Of a stretch of 64,000 nt of DNA, positions 46,398 through 56,284 are shown piece by piece. The stretch is from Candidatus Omnitrophota bacterium (GTDB lineage Bacteria > Omnitrophota > Gorgyraeia > Zapsychrales > JANLHA01): contig JACKFI010000006.1 of assembly GCA_020632555.1 (NCBI GenBank), positions 11,467-75,466 on the forward strand. Reading direction: 5' to 3'. How positions within the stretch are numbered: the stretch's first letter is position 1; each line of letters opens with the position of its first letter. The notes beneath the pieces were generated by a model. It saw only the letters and a program-made list of their open reading frames with translations, ran no database searches and was not told the origin of the DNA. The position numbers and the translations under genes were made by a program.

Positions 46398-48904
46398 GTT
46401 CTTTACGAAAAACTATCTTGAGCTTTCTTCTTATCTGGGTTCTCGCCTCAGGACTGGGAATTTATTTACGCCTCTACACTTTACAAAATAATGTCAACCA
46501 TGACACAGAAGAAAAAGCGACTATTCTCGTCTTAAATAATCTGCGACGAGCCATCAATCAAGGCATCGAAAAAGCAAATCCTTCTCTTGCTGCCGCGCAA
46601 AAACAAAAACTGGCCAAACACCAATTTGACCTAACCCTGCGCCAGCAAAGCCTGAAAGTCAAAGAAAGCATTCGCCAAGCCGCTCAACAGCTCGACGAAA
46701 AGACGCCTGCATCCGACAAGAAATTCTATTTATTAGCTTCGGACTCCTATTATTATTACAACCTGACGGAAAATATTTTGAACACTGGCAAGATCAGCGA
46801 CAAAATTCAAGGCAGTAAATATTTTAATCCCTTAATGAACGCCCCTAACGGTTACTGGGAACCACTCAAACTTTATCCTTACGTCGGTTTTAGTATTTAC
46901 AAAACCATTGCTCTTTTTGTTCCCGACATCTCATTAATGGAAGCGGTCAGCTACACGCCGCTGATCTTTACCGTTCTTATCCTTTTCGTATTTCTAATCG
47001 GCTGTTTGATTCTCGGATGCAGTGGCGAAACATCATTTTTGGGTGCCGTTTATCTATTGTGTGCTCCTATTTTTCTTCGTCGCAGTATGTTTGGCTGGTA
47101 CGACGATGATCCGCCCAATATTTTCTTTTTATTCGCAATTCTAACCGTCTTCTTCTACGGGCTCAAACATCACCTTAACCGTCGAACCGTCGGAATGTGT
47201 GCCTTAACTTGCAGCATTCTCTTTACATTGTACGCTTTGTTTTGGCAAGGCTGGGTTTTTTTAGCCAGCATGATCGCGGCCAGTGCTTTTTTTATCGTGC
47301 TGTACAACCATTTTGTCCGCCGAGAAAAAACAACAACACCCCAATTGATCACCTATTCGCTGTTGACAATCACCGGAATATTTCTAGGTATCGTCCTTAT
47401 CTTTGGACCCAAAGAATTCTTCACCTTATTTCACGAAGGCTGGGTCGCTTTGCAAGATTTCCTGAATCCACATTTATCCTCCTGGCCGGATCTTTACATT
47501 GCCGTCGGTGAACTTTTAAGCCCAACCCCTGAAAAATGGTTAGAAATGATGGGCGGCTTATTCTTTGTCGGGACTGGAATTTTAGGGTTATTCACTGGCG
47601 GAATTCAGCTCTTTAAAAAACCCAACCATTCAACGAACTTTGCAATCATTGTATTGATCCTCTTTGCCTTGATCAGCACAAAACTATCACTGGGTGCCCA
47701 ACGTTTTGAAACACTTTGCCTGATCCCCTTTGCCTTTGCTTTTCCACTGGGACTGCAATTTCTCTGGGATATTATTCAAGAATTTATAAAAAAGCACGTC
47801 TCTCTGATCACAGAATCATTCTTCGGACAGCTGCTTATTCTGATCATTTTCGTCAGTATTCTAACGATCCTGCCATTTCAAGCCGCCCAGCGCATAACCC
47901 CTGATATCCTCAATAAAATCTTTAACACAACCTGGGATAACGCTCTGACTAAAATTAAAAATGAAACTCCCCCCAATAGCATTATCAATACGTGGTGGCC
48001 GCCCGGTCATTTCATCAAAGCTATCGCACAACGCCGCGTAACTTTTGACGGAGCAACAATCAATAAACCTCAAAGTTATTGGCTGGCCAATGCTTTCCTA
48101 ACCACTGACGAACGTATGTCCGCAGGTATTTTGCGCATGCTCAATAATAGTGGCAACGCCGCCACTGATTATCTGCTACAACAAAAACTACCGCTTGCCC
48201 AAGCAGTTGACTTACTCAAAAAAATAGTTCCATTAAACATCACTGACGCAAAGAAAATTCTTGCGTCAACGCTTAACCCAACACAAATCGATCATTTGTT
48301 GGTTCTGACTCATGCTAACCCTCCGCCGTCATATCTTTTGATTTACCAAGATATGGCCGAAAACAGCCTGCAATTTAGTTTTGTCGGCAATTGGGATTTT
48401 AAAAAAGTCGCCCAAATCAATAGTGACCCTATTTTAAAAAGTCGCGTCCCCGCGCGCAACTCCAAGGATTATGTTCCGTTTCTTTGGGAATTGGCGGGAG
48501 GGCCTCCTCGCTACAGCTCTGAACTTATGCCGGTCTTAGAAAAGGACGGCCATATTATTTTTGAAAATAATATCCAGGTTGATTTTAATAACCTCACCTG
48601 TTTAATTAATTCTCCAAAATTCGGAAAAGGAATTCCTGAAAGTATTTTTTATAAAGGACCGCAAGGATTCACAGAACAAAAACTTGCCAACGCAAATTTA
48701 CCTTATTGCGTTATGATCCTAAAAAATGGGCCCAACACCAAGTGCATGCTGGCTGAATCAGATTTGGCTAAATCTATGCTGTTGCGGCTTTTTTATTATC
48801 AAGGGCAAGGTTTAGATATTTATGAACCATTTGTTGACGAAAGGGATACAACTCAACGCACGAAGATTTTAATTTACAAACTCAATTGGGATCATTTTCA
48901 ATAA
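46394..48904 (+). CDS. STT3/PglB/AglB-family oligosaccharyltransferase homologue (GT-C) with non-canonical WWPPG motif
   Basis: 836 aa, with about 13 TM helices and a C-terminal soluble domain. The loop motifs are ASDSYYYY and GWYDDDPPN (compare the GxYDxD loop of PglB). WWPPGHFIKAIAQRRVTFDGATINKP aligns with WWDYGYxI....T..DGG/DNN of PglB/STT3. The start overlaps the protease stop by 4 nt. Confidence 0.6.
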   Translation: MSSLRKTILSFLLIWVLASGLGIYLRLYTLQNNVNHDTEEKATILVLNNLRRAINQGIEKANPSLAAAQKQKLAKHQFDLTLRQQSLKVKESIRQAAQQLDEKTPASDKKFYLLASDSYYYYNLTENILNTGKISDKIQGSKYFNPLMNAPNGYWEPLKLYPYVGFSIYKTIALFVPDISLMEAVSYTPLIFTVLILFVFLIGCLILGCSGETSFLGAVYLLCAPIFLRRSMFGWYDDDPPNIFFLFAILTVFFYGLKHHLNRRTVGMCALTCSILFTLYALFWQGWVFLASMIAASAFFIVLYNHFVRREKTTTPQLITYSLLTITGIFLGIVLIFGPKEFFTLFHEGWVALQDFLNPHLSSWPDLYIAVGELLSPTPEKWLEMMGGLFFVGTGILGLFTGGIQLFKKPNHSTNFAIIVLILFALISTKLSLGAQRFETLCLIPFAFAFPLGLQFLWDIIQEFIKKHVSLITESFFGQLLILIIFVSILTILPFQAAQRITPDILNKIFNTTWDNALTKIKNETPPNSIINTWWPPGHFIKAIAQRRVTFDGATINKPQSYWLANAFLTTDERMSAGILRMLNNSGNAATDYLLQQKLPLAQAVDLLKKIVPLNITDAKKILASTLNPTQIDHLLVLTHANPPPSYLLIYQDMAENSLQFSFVGNWDFKKVAQINSDPILKSRVPARNSKDYVPFLWELAGGPPRYSSELMPVLEKDGHIIFENNIQVDFNNLTCLINSPKFGKGIPESIFYKGPQGFTEQKLANANLPYCVMILKNGPNTKCMLAESDLAKSMLLRLFYYQGQGLDIYEPFVDERDTTQRTKILIYKLNWDHFQ

Positions 48905-48908
48905 ACAA

Positions 48909-49892
48909 TTATGGGGCAGCCTGTGTTTGTGTTGTCACAACAGCTTGTCCGCGAGCCTTGCCCGTATTACCACGCATACGCCGCACGCGATCCTGCCGCT
49001 CTTTAAGCGTCAATGGCTTGTAATCTTCTAGATCATAACCATCATCCATAGGATTGACCTTGGTTTCTTGAGAAGAACTTGCCGTTTCACTGCCCGAAGG
49101 CAAACGCGCACGCAATTGAATACGAATTTTTCCAACAGACGAATCGGCGTTAATTGCCGGCTCAGGAGATTTCTTAACTTGAGCCCTTACAATTTCTGAT
49201 GAGCCAGCATGAACATTAGGAATAGGGATATCCGGCCTTTGTCCCACCGGTCCGGCACCAGAACGCATAATAGCTTCCAATCGGCCAGCCAAAGTCTCCT
49301 CTCCCATGCCTCGCAGCGTGGTGATCACATCCAAAGCATTGGCTTGTTCATTATTGCGCGCATAAGCCAGACCCAAACCATAATACATTTTGGGATTAGG
49401 AATTTTTTCAATAACTTCCTTAAAATATTTAATCGCTTCTGCCGGCTGACCTGTTCCAAAAAGACACACCCAAGCTAATGTCACCTTAGCCGCGCCAGCA
49501 TTGGGATCAAGGGCTAGAGCTTTTAAACAAGCAGCTTGCGCCCAATCAGATTTTTGATATTGAAAATACGCTCGACACATATCCGAATAATGTTGCGCAT
49601 TTTGCGGCTCCAAATCTGCCGCTTGCTGAAAAAGCCAAACAATATCATCGATATTACCATTCTGGTCCAAATAAACCTGTCCTAAGGCACTATACGCTGG
49701 CGCAAAATCCGGGTCAGCATCAATCGACTTTTCATAAAAATCAATCGCCTTTAGGATATCTCCCTGCTGCATTCTTTCCTGACCTTGCGCAAATAATTCA
49801 CTGGCCGCAGACTGTGCGCAAGCAAAACGAACAAAAAGAAACATTTGCATTATGACCAATACCATCCAAAATTTTGCGTTTGAACTCATCAT
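48909..49892 (-). CDS. exported TPR-repeat protein
   Basis: Signal peptide (FACAQSAA) and several TPR units (AIDFYEKSIDADPDFAPAY..., AIKYFKEVIEK...). I prefer the start at 49892, overlapping the upstream stop as TAATG. Confidence 0.7.
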   Translation of the reverse strand: MMSSNAKFWMVLVIMQMFLFVRFACAQSAASELFAQGQERMQQGDILKAIDFYEKSIDADPDFAPAYSALGQVYLDQNGNIDDIVWLFQQAADLEPQNAQHYSDMCRAYFQYQKSDWAQAACLKALALDPNAGAAKVTLAWVCLFGTGQPAEAIKYFKEVIEKIPNPKMYYGLGLAYARNNEQANALDVITTLRGMGEETLAGRLEAIMRSGAGPVGQRPDIPIPNVHAGSSEIVRAQVKKSPEPAINADSSVGKIRIQLRARLPSGSETASSSQETKVNPMDDGYDLEDYKPLTLKERQDRVRRMRGNTGKARGQAVVTTQTQAAP

Positions 49893-51310
49893 TACTTTTT
49901 CTTCATCATTCTTTGCCAAACATTTGAATCGGAAACGTCACTATTTTGATACTCCTGGCTATCCATCTCTCTACTTTCAATTTTTTTCTGAATAGTATTA
50001 TTCTTTGGTTTTATCCCCCAGAAATCATTCCACAAAGATTCAATATTCTTAACTTTGAGACGTTGACCACTCTTAACTTCATTAAGTGGCGTTGCCTTTT
50101 TATTTTTAGAACTCACTGTATTCGAAGAATCTGTCTCCAAAGCTTTTTTCCCACCCTGCCCTTTAGCAGAATCCCCACCAGAACCAGAAAAACCACCTGC
50201 CCCCGACTCACCACCACCCTGACCAGCAGATCCATTAGCATTATAATTATCATCACTTTCCTCGCCATTGCCGCCGCCACCATTTTCTCCAGATGCAGAA
50301 TCACCGGCACCACCTTGACCACTGCCGCCATTACTCCCAGCCCCAGAACCGCCGCTACCATTTCCGCCAGATGCAGAATCACCGGCACCACCTTGACCAC
50401 TGCCACCATTACTCCCAGCCCCAGAACCGCCGCCACCATTTCCGCCAGATGCAGAATCACCGGCACCACCTTGACCACTGCCGCTATTACCACCTTTATT
50501 TAAACCACCCTTGCTCTCTGATCCCTGACCATCCCCAGATGAGTCTCCCAAAGACGCCTGGCCACTTGCCGAACCACGAGAACCTTGCCCCGCCTGGCCA
50601 TTAAGACCTTGCTCGGTTTTCAAATTATTTTTATTACTACCTGTGGTCGAACCCAAAGCACCAGCTGCCGGCATTGCTCGACTTGAGCCAGCTACAGATG
50701 TTTTCCCAGAAACATCTGCGGCTAAAGTTACGGCACCCTCTGAAAGCTGAGCATCAATAATCAACTTCGATATCTTCATGCTAACAGTCACTTCATCCGC
50801 ACTGGATTTCTTACCAGTAATATTCATCTTAACAACTTTTAATAAATTATTGGTCGTATCAATCTTATGAATAAATTTAATAATATTTTCGAACTTTCCG
50901 TTGCACTCAACATTGGCATAATATTGCATATAACCTTTTTTGGAAACCGCATCAGCAGGATTCAACTTGCCCAAAGTAACTTCCGCTTCCGTTCCTAAAT
51001 TTTCAATCGTCTTTAAAAACGCAGCAATACTCTCTTCTTCAGTTTTACGTTCATCCGCCTGATAAACGCTATAGATTTCATTTTCTTTAAATATTTTTTC
51101 CTGATATGCCAAAAAACGAACATTACGATTAATGTCGTTTTTGGTTTGTTCAATATCTCTATCCAAACTCTTTAACTTTGAAGTCACCTTCTGCAAGAAC
51201 AAAAAATCAAATGCCGCCAAAAGAATAAAACCCAGCGCGACATAAAATATCTTTCTTTCCTGCTCTGAAAGTTTTGTATAAAAATCCTTTAACATCCTTA
51301 AAATCCTCAA
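49892..51310 (-). CDS. PilO/GspM-like bitopic membrane protein with long Gly/Ser/Asn-rich repetitive C-terminal region
   Basis: The N-terminal 190 aa has a short cytoplasmic segment, a TM helix, a coiled coil and a small alpha/beta domain, as in PilO/GspM. About 200 aa of GSGQGGAGDSASGGNG repeats follow. Confidence 0.5.
   Translation of the reverse strand: MRILRMLKDFYTKLSEQERKIFYVALGFILLAAFDFLFLQKVTSKLKSLDRDIEQTKNDINRNVRFLAYQEKIFKENEIYSVYQADERKTEEESIAAFLKTIENLGTEAEVTLGKLNPADAVSKKGYMQYYANVECNGKFENIIKFIHKIDTTNNLLKVVKMNITGKKSSADEVTVSMKISKLIIDAQLSEGAVTLAADVSGKTSVAGSSRAMPAAGALGSTTGSNKNNLKTEQGLNGQAGQGSRGSASGQASLGDSSGDGQGSESKGGLNKGGNSGSGQGGAGDSASGGNGGGGSGAGSNGGSGQGGAGDSASGGNGSGGSGAGSNGGSGQGGAGDSASGENGGGGNGEESDDNYNANGSAGQGGGESGAGGFSGSGGDSAKGQGGKKALETDSSNTVSSKNKKATPLNEVKSGQRLKVKNIESLWNDFWGIKPKNNTIQKKIESREMDSQEYQNSDVSDSNVWQRMMKKK
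50270..50490 (-). repeat. 78-bp coding tandem repeat, about 2.6-3 copies
   Basis: The unit agatgcagaatcaccggcaccaccttgaccactgcc... restarts at 50291, 50369 and 50447 (exact 78-nt spacing), nearly identical each time. It encodes 26-aa GGNG(S/G)GGSGAGSNGGSGQGGAGDSAS units. Confidence 0.9.
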
Positions 51311-51413
51311 TAAACATTACCAAATTGAATACCAAGCACTTTGGATTATATCGCAAATCTTTTCTTCCAAACGATAAGAATTCAATATCTCTTTCTGTCC
51401 TCAAAAGCGATAT

Positions 51414-53531
51414 CTACCCCCGTTGGAATAGCAGGCGCAACTGCTGAGGATTTTCTGCCGGCAAATGACACATTTGATTCTCACAAACATAAACCAAAAC
51501 TTGATGTTTTTGAACATCCTGACCTTTTGTCATCGAGAACAATTCATCCATTTCTTTTTGAAAATTCAATGTTTTAACTGTCACAACTCTTTGAGCGATC
51601 CATGATCTAAAAACCAGCGCCAACATCTCTCGTCCTTTAATTTGTTCAACATCTCCAACAACACCAATTTCTTTAACCGGTCCAAAATAAAACTGCAAAG
51701 ACATCATCATCTGCGTATACGCACTTGGCGCCGTTAACATCTGAGCATAAAAGTTTTTAAAAAGCTGTTCACTTTTAACTAAATAACCCTGTTCAAATGT
51801 CAAATGGTAAAGCCGCAAAAAATGATGTGCCGCCAATGAATTTCCGGACGGAACCGCGCCATCATAAACCTCTTTGGGTCTAAAGATCAATTGCTCCCCA
51901 TCTTTTGGTGTTAAAAAGAGTCCCCCTGAATTTTCATCCCAAAATAAATCCATCATTTCCTGATTCAATCGAACAGCTTGTTTAAAATACTGCGGATCAA
52001 AAGAATATTCAAAAAGGTCCAAAAGTCCGGTAATAAAAAACACGTAGTCATCCAATCCCGCAAGAATTCCTGCCTCACCATCACGGTACCGATGCAATAA
52101 TCTTCCATCATCTCGTTTTAAATGCACAAGAATAAACCGCGCCGCCTTCTCTGCGGCCTGCAAATATCGCGGTTGGTCTAAAATCCTACCCGCCATAGCC
52201 AAACTCGAAATCATCAAACCATTCCAATCAACAAGAACTTTATCATCCAAATGCGGCAAAGGACGTTTTGCCCGAGCAGCAAAAAGTTTTTCTTTACCAC
52301 CTTGAATAATTCTTTCCACTTCTTCTGCCGGCGCTTGAACATGCGCCGCTGTCTCTGCTAAGGAGTGCTTCACATACAAAATATTTTTCCCAATAAATTC
52401 ACCGTGCGGATCAAGTTGCGCATTCCCATTGGGTTCAATACCAAAATGATAACTCAGAATTTGCAGCTCTTCAGACGTCAACAAACTTTTTAACTCTGTA
52501 ACAGACCATACATAAAACGCGCCTTCCTTCTTTTGATGATCATCAGCCGACTCTAGACTATCTGCATCGACAGCAGAATAAAAACCTCCTTGCTGATCAC
52601 ACATTTCCCGCAAAACATAATCAAGGATATGCTTAGCGGTATCGGCATACAATTCTTTACCCGTAGCAATAAAAGCCTCGAGATAAATCTTGGCCAACAA
52701 CGCCTGATCATAGAGCATTTTCTCAAAATGTGGAACTTGCCATTGGGCATCCGTCGCATAACGATGAAATCCGCCACCCAGCTGATCACACATCCCACCA
52801 TGACTCATTGCGGCCAAAGTTTGCTCGACCATAATCAAAGCATGAGGCTGATTATTATTCGTCCAATAACGCAAAAGAAAACTTAAAGTATGCCCCATCG
52901 GGAACTTAGGTGAATGACCAAAACCGCCATTTTGAATATCAAAATTATTGGCTAATTGTTCATAGGCTTGCGCCAATATCTCAGGTTCCAGAACTTTTGC
53001 AGTAACCTCTTGTTCAGAAAATCGCTGCAAAAAATGGTCTACAATCATTTCTCCCGACTGACGAATTTTATCTTGTTCCTTAATCCATTTGTTATGAACA
53101 GACCACAAAATATCCTTAAACCCCGGAGAACCCCAACGTGGCTCGGGGGGAAAATAAGTTCCACCATAAAAAGGCTGCTGCTGTGGTGTCAAAAAAACTG
53201 ATAATGGCCATCCACCACTACCAGTCGTGGCCGTAACAAAACTCATATAAATGCTATCCAACTCCGGGCGCTCTTCCCGATCAACCTTAATCGCGACAAA
53301 GTGCTCATTGATAAGTTGAGCAACTTTCTCATCTTCAAAACTTTCATGCGCCATCACATGACACCAATGGCACGTGGAATACCCAATTGATAAAAAAACA
53401 GGCTTATTTTCATTTTGAGCTTTAGCAAATGCAGCTTCTCCCCAGGGATACCACTGAACAGGATTATATGCATGTTGAAGAAGATACGGGCTTTTTTCAC
53501 CAATAAGAAGATTTGTTTTTTGCCTTTGCAT
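51414..53531 (-). CDS. DUF255 thioredoxin-domain protein (YyaL/SSP411-like; thioredoxin fold + alpha/alpha-6 barrel)
   Basis: The motifs are [13 protein letters not shown]-type N-terminus, [10 protein letters not shown] and SGGWPL. I prefer the start at MQRQKTN (53531), which avoids overlap with the upstream ORF. Confidence 0.8.
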   Translation of the reverse strand: MQRQKTNLLIGEKSPYLLQHAYNPVQWYPWGEAAFAKAQNENKPVFLSIGYSTCHWCHVMAHESFEDEKVAQLINEHFVAIKVDREERPELDSIYMSFVTATTGSGGWPLSVFLTPQQQPFYGGTYFPPEPRWGSPGFKDILWSVHNKWIKEQDKIRQSGEMIVDHFLQRFSEQEVTAKVLEPEILAQAYEQLANNFDIQNGGFGHSPKFPMGHTLSFLLRYWTNNNQPHALIMVEQTLAAMSHGGMCDQLGGGFHRYATDAQWQVPHFEKMLYDQALLAKIYLEAFIATGKELYADTAKHILDYVLREMCDQQGGFYSAVDADSLESADDHQKKEGAFYVWSVTELKSLLTSEELQILSYHFGIEPNGNAQLDPHGEFIGKNILYVKHSLAETAAHVQAPAEEVERIIQGGKEKLFAARAKRPLPHLDDKVLVDWNGLMISSLAMAGRILDQPRYLQAAEKAARFILVHLKRDDGRLLHRYRDGEAGILAGLDDYVFFITGLLDLFEYSFDPQYFKQAVRLNQEMMDLFWDENSGGLFLTPKDGEQLIFRPKEVYDGAVPSGNSLAAHHFLRLYHLTFEQGYLVKSEQLFKNFYAQMLTAPSAYTQMMMSLQFYFGPVKEIGVVGDVEQIKGREMLALVFRSWIAQRVVTVKTLNFQKEMDELFSMTKGQDVQKHQVLVYVCENQMCHLPAENPQQLRLLFQRG

Positions 53532-53538
53532 CCGCTGA

Positions 53539-53901
53539 TTATTTCTCTGCTGATTCTTGTTGGGGAGGAATAACAAGATCTGCTTCGGCACTGCCGCCCA
53601 AACTACAGCTAGCTTTAACATGAACAGCATCACCAGGCTTCAAATCCAGAAAAATAGAAATTTTCACTTCGGAAGCCGAACGTTGGAAAGGCAATCGATG
53701 GATCTCTGGTTTTTCATTATTAACAGTGACCGTGATCGTCCGAATATAATGTTCTCTTAACTCTGCCGTTGGATGATGCATACTGATCGCCAAATTCTGT
53801 TCAACAGGATCGTATTGCAACTGTAAATCATTGGGCGGCGTCGCAGGAACAATCGAAACCATCAAGAACAGCCACACCGTAATTAGAAAAATATTTCTCA
53901 T
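53539..53901 (-). CDS. small secreted protein, unknown function
   Basis: Signal peptide followed by about 95 aa of predicted beta-rich sequence. There is a 4-nt overlap with the upstream gene. Confidence 0.45.
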   Translation of the reverse strand: MRNIFLITVWLFLMVSIVPATPPNDLQLQYDPVEQNLAISMHHPTAELREHYIRTITVTVNNEKPEIHRLPFQRSASEVKISIFLDLKPGDAVHVKASCSLGGSAEADLVIPPQQESAEK

Positions 53902-54509
53902 TTTTGATCTCCCAGTATATTTGCAACTTTCATGTCAAGTAATGCCTCATCCAAGAGCTTTTGACGATCGTCTAACGAATGAACTTTAACAGAAACATCT
54001 GCCTTGTTTTTTAATACAGAAAAGTTTAGAACTGACAACTTTTCTAAATACTGACGTGTATCCAAATAATTCGGTAAAAGTTTTTCTACTTCCGCCAAAT
54101 CTTTTTGGCAAATCAGGTATTGCTTATGCTCGAAAGCCTCGACAGCTTTTTGATAAAGACGATCCACCCCTTTCTCGAATTCATTGACCAAAAACTCTCT
54201 TTCGCGAACAATCCTAACTTTGCGTTCAATGACCGCTTTGGCCAAATCAGAACGATCTCTCTTTAACTTCAAACGAGTTTGCAAAATCTTTTCCCGAATC
54301 CGTTGCGTGTTAAAATCATGTTTAACCTTATAACTTTCCAACGTATCCTGATCTTGCAAATCGTCAAAATATTGAGCGCTAGCATCCATTTGCTGCCGGA
54401 CAACAGCAAAAGCAGGGCAAATAAAACCTAAGAACGTAATAAATGAAACGATCAAAACTTTAAGGCAATAATTAAACATAGACATTTCGCAACTTAAGTT
54501 CAATGACAA
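53898..54509 (-). CDS. signal-peptide / membrane-anchored coiled-coil protein, unknown function
   Basis: The hydrophobic N-terminus ends in PAFAVV. The remainder is charged and helical. Confidence 0.45.
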   Translation of the reverse strand: MSLNLSCEMSMFNYCLKVLIVSFITFLGFICPAFAVVRQQMDASAQYFDDLQDQDTLESYKVKHDFNTQRIREKILQTRLKLKRDRSDLAKAVIERKVRIVREREFLVNEFEKGVDRLYQKAVEAFEHKQYLICQKDLAEVEKLLPNYLDTRQYLEKLSVLNFSVLKNKADVSVKVHSLDDRQKLLDEALLDMKVANILGDQK

Positions 54510-54523
54510 ACATGCGTGCTATT

Positions 54524-55846
54524 TTAGCGTAAACAAGCATTATCCACACACTTTTTATTGATATGAAACAAATAACGATTCTTAGCAATTCCCGCATAAA
54601 ATAAGGGTCCTAAAACATTAGCACCAGGGAAATACGCGAGAAAAACTACAGGATATAACATCGGCAAGAGCAAAATCAGCCGACGAAAAGCAAAAAATCC
54701 TCCGTACAAATCCCCAGTTGGCTCAACCAAATACAATTGACTATGCACCTTCTCTTTGCTCAGCTGAGAATGCAAAAGCGACACATCCGGACAAGTCTGG
54801 TAATCAACAAAAGTTAATCGGCCAAACAAATCCATCACTTTAAGCATTTCAATACTAGCTGTACAAAACTGACAATGCCCATCATAAATAACTTGTATCT
54901 TCGCACTATGAGCAAAAATCCTTCGCCGCTGTTCAATCCAGGCCACAATCTTTTCTGGAGGAATAAAAAGCAATAACTGAGCTGGAAACAAAAAGAAAAA
55001 AATCGCTGGCACATCCAAAGTCAAAATCAAAGTGACATGAAAAAGAAAACCTAAACTAATTCCTGTCAAGCGCGTTGCCGGATTAAATAGAAGAAATGGC
55101 ATTAGCAACTCAATCATAACAATCACAACACCCAAAACATAACACAAAGCCGGATGCGCGCTGAAAAAATCGCGCAACAAGAAATACTTCGTTACCCCCT
55201 CGCTGGGCATAATCATCAAATAATAAATCGGATTTCCGCTGAGCCAATTGCCCTGCGCTGTGACTTTATACAACCCGGTATAAAAATAAATAAAAGCCAA
55301 TTGCATTTGCAAAAGCCGCTGAATAAAAAATGGCCGTTGCCGATAAAAAGCGCTGGGGTCTCTTCTTAAAACACAATCCAGCGAAAAATAATCCCCCAAA
55401 TACGGCACAAAACAAATCAAAACCAAAGTTACCAAAAGAATGTCCCACGCTAATGTTCCAATTGCAAAAGCATTCAAAGCATAAAAATAATAACAACCCA
55501 AGGTCATGGCAATCGCACTAAATTGTGTTTTATATCCAATTAAAAAAGAAAACCAAACCAAACAAAATATTGCGGCCATAACGATCACCAAGGCATCAGG
55601 ACTTTGTTGGATAAAGTCTAAAATTCCTGCAGTAAAAAAATTTGTGTTGAGAACCTTAAATGCTCCCGAGAGATAATTTTCTTTCAAAGGAACAAAAGTT
55701 GGCAGCACATGAAATCCAACCGCCAGAGCAACAGCAATGCGAAAGAATGCCAAGGAAATGGATGGCCGCTCTTCTAAAAATAATTTCTTCCAAAGATTCT
55801 TCATATTATTCATCACATTGGTAAAACGGCGCCTGGATTTGCTCAA
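54524..55846 (-). CDS. HTTM-domain membrane protein (vitamin-K-dependent carboxylase / SdpB family) fused to a DCC/DUF393 thiol-disulfide oxidoreductase domain
   Basis: The HTTM-like start is SISLAFFRIAVALAVGFHV, with about 9 TM helices. The C-terminal IQVIYDGHCQFCTASIEMLKVMD is the DUF393/DCC CxxC signature. The true start may be an internal Met (55813 or 55804). Confidence 0.65.
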   Translation of the reverse strand: MSKSRRRFTNVMNNMKNLWKKLFLEERPSISLAFFRIAVALAVGFHVLPTFVPLKENYLSGAFKVLNTNFFTAGILDFIQQSPDALVIVMAAIFCLVWFSFLIGYKTQFSAIAMTLGCYYFYALNAFAIGTLAWDILLVTLVLICFVPYLGDYFSLDCVLRRDPSAFYRQRPFFIQRLLQMQLAFIYFYTGLYKVTAQGNWLSGNPIYYLMIMPSEGVTKYFLLRDFFSAHPALCYVLGVVIVMIELLMPFLLFNPATRLTGISLGFLFHVTLILTLDVPAIFFFLFPAQLLLFIPPEKIVAWIEQRRRIFAHSAKIQVIYDGHCQFCTASIEMLKVMDLFGRLTFVDYQTCPDVSLLHSQLSKEKVHSQLYLVEPTGDLYGGFFAFRRLILLLPMLYPVVFLAYFPGANVLGPLFYAGIAKNRYLFHINKKCVDNACLR

Positions 55847-56264
55847 AACGTGAGCTTGTTAATGAAGGATATTCCACCGCCGCGACTATAAACTTTTCGT
55901 ATTCCGGGAATTGATTTTTTAGAACGCGACAAAAATCTTGTCGCACGCTGGGCATGAGAACAGTACTCAATACATTGCGATGCACCATATCAAACCCAAT
56001 AAAACGAGTCCGGATAATTTCATGCGGATCAATCAGGTCAGTGTTTCCATTACGAACACCATAAACTTTGGCATAAACAGCACGGTCATCAACCTGATAA
56101 AACATGATCCAGCCAGCGGGGGGATAAAGAAACTTCAACTTCGGCAAAGCCCGGTGAAAATACGGCTGCAAATAAAAGTGGCGCAGCGATTCATAATGAA
56201 ATACACTTGCCCACACAATAACAAATACACTGATAATAATATTGCGATAACTTTTTAAGACCAT
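55806..56264 (-). CDS. single-TM protein, possible SdpA-family partner of the HTTM protein
   Basis: 152 aa with an N-terminal TM helix, immediately upstream of and overlapping the HTTM gene. The SdpA assignment rests only on size and synteny. Confidence 0.35.
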   Translation of the reverse strand: MVLKSYRNIIISVFVIVWASVFHYESLRHFYLQPYFHRALPKLKFLYPPAGWIMFYQVDDRAVYAKVYGVRNGNTDLIDPHEIIRTRFIGFDMVHRNVLSTVLMPSVRQDFCRVLKNQFPEYEKFIVAAVEYPSLTSSRFEQIQAPFYQCDE

Positions 56265-56284
56265 AAATATTTTAAGATCAGAAT

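Noticed and set aside
50270-50490. Regular 78-bp repeats that could superficially suggest a CRISPR-like or satellite array
   Set aside because: The units are contiguous with no spacers. They lie in-frame inside the 49892..51310 ORF and encode Gly/Ser-rich protein repeats. The long antisense and alternate-frame ORFs here (49946..50503, 50113..50493, 50293..50604) are by-products of the repeat composition.
53539-53901. Resemblance of [18 protein letters not shown] and a later Cys (ASCSLGG) to the HPM..EHYIEWIE / C..H iron site of superoxide reductase
   Set aside because: Only a short local similarity. The full His ligand set and the CxxH context are not present, and the protein has a signal peptide. 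I therefore leave it as an unknown secreted protein.
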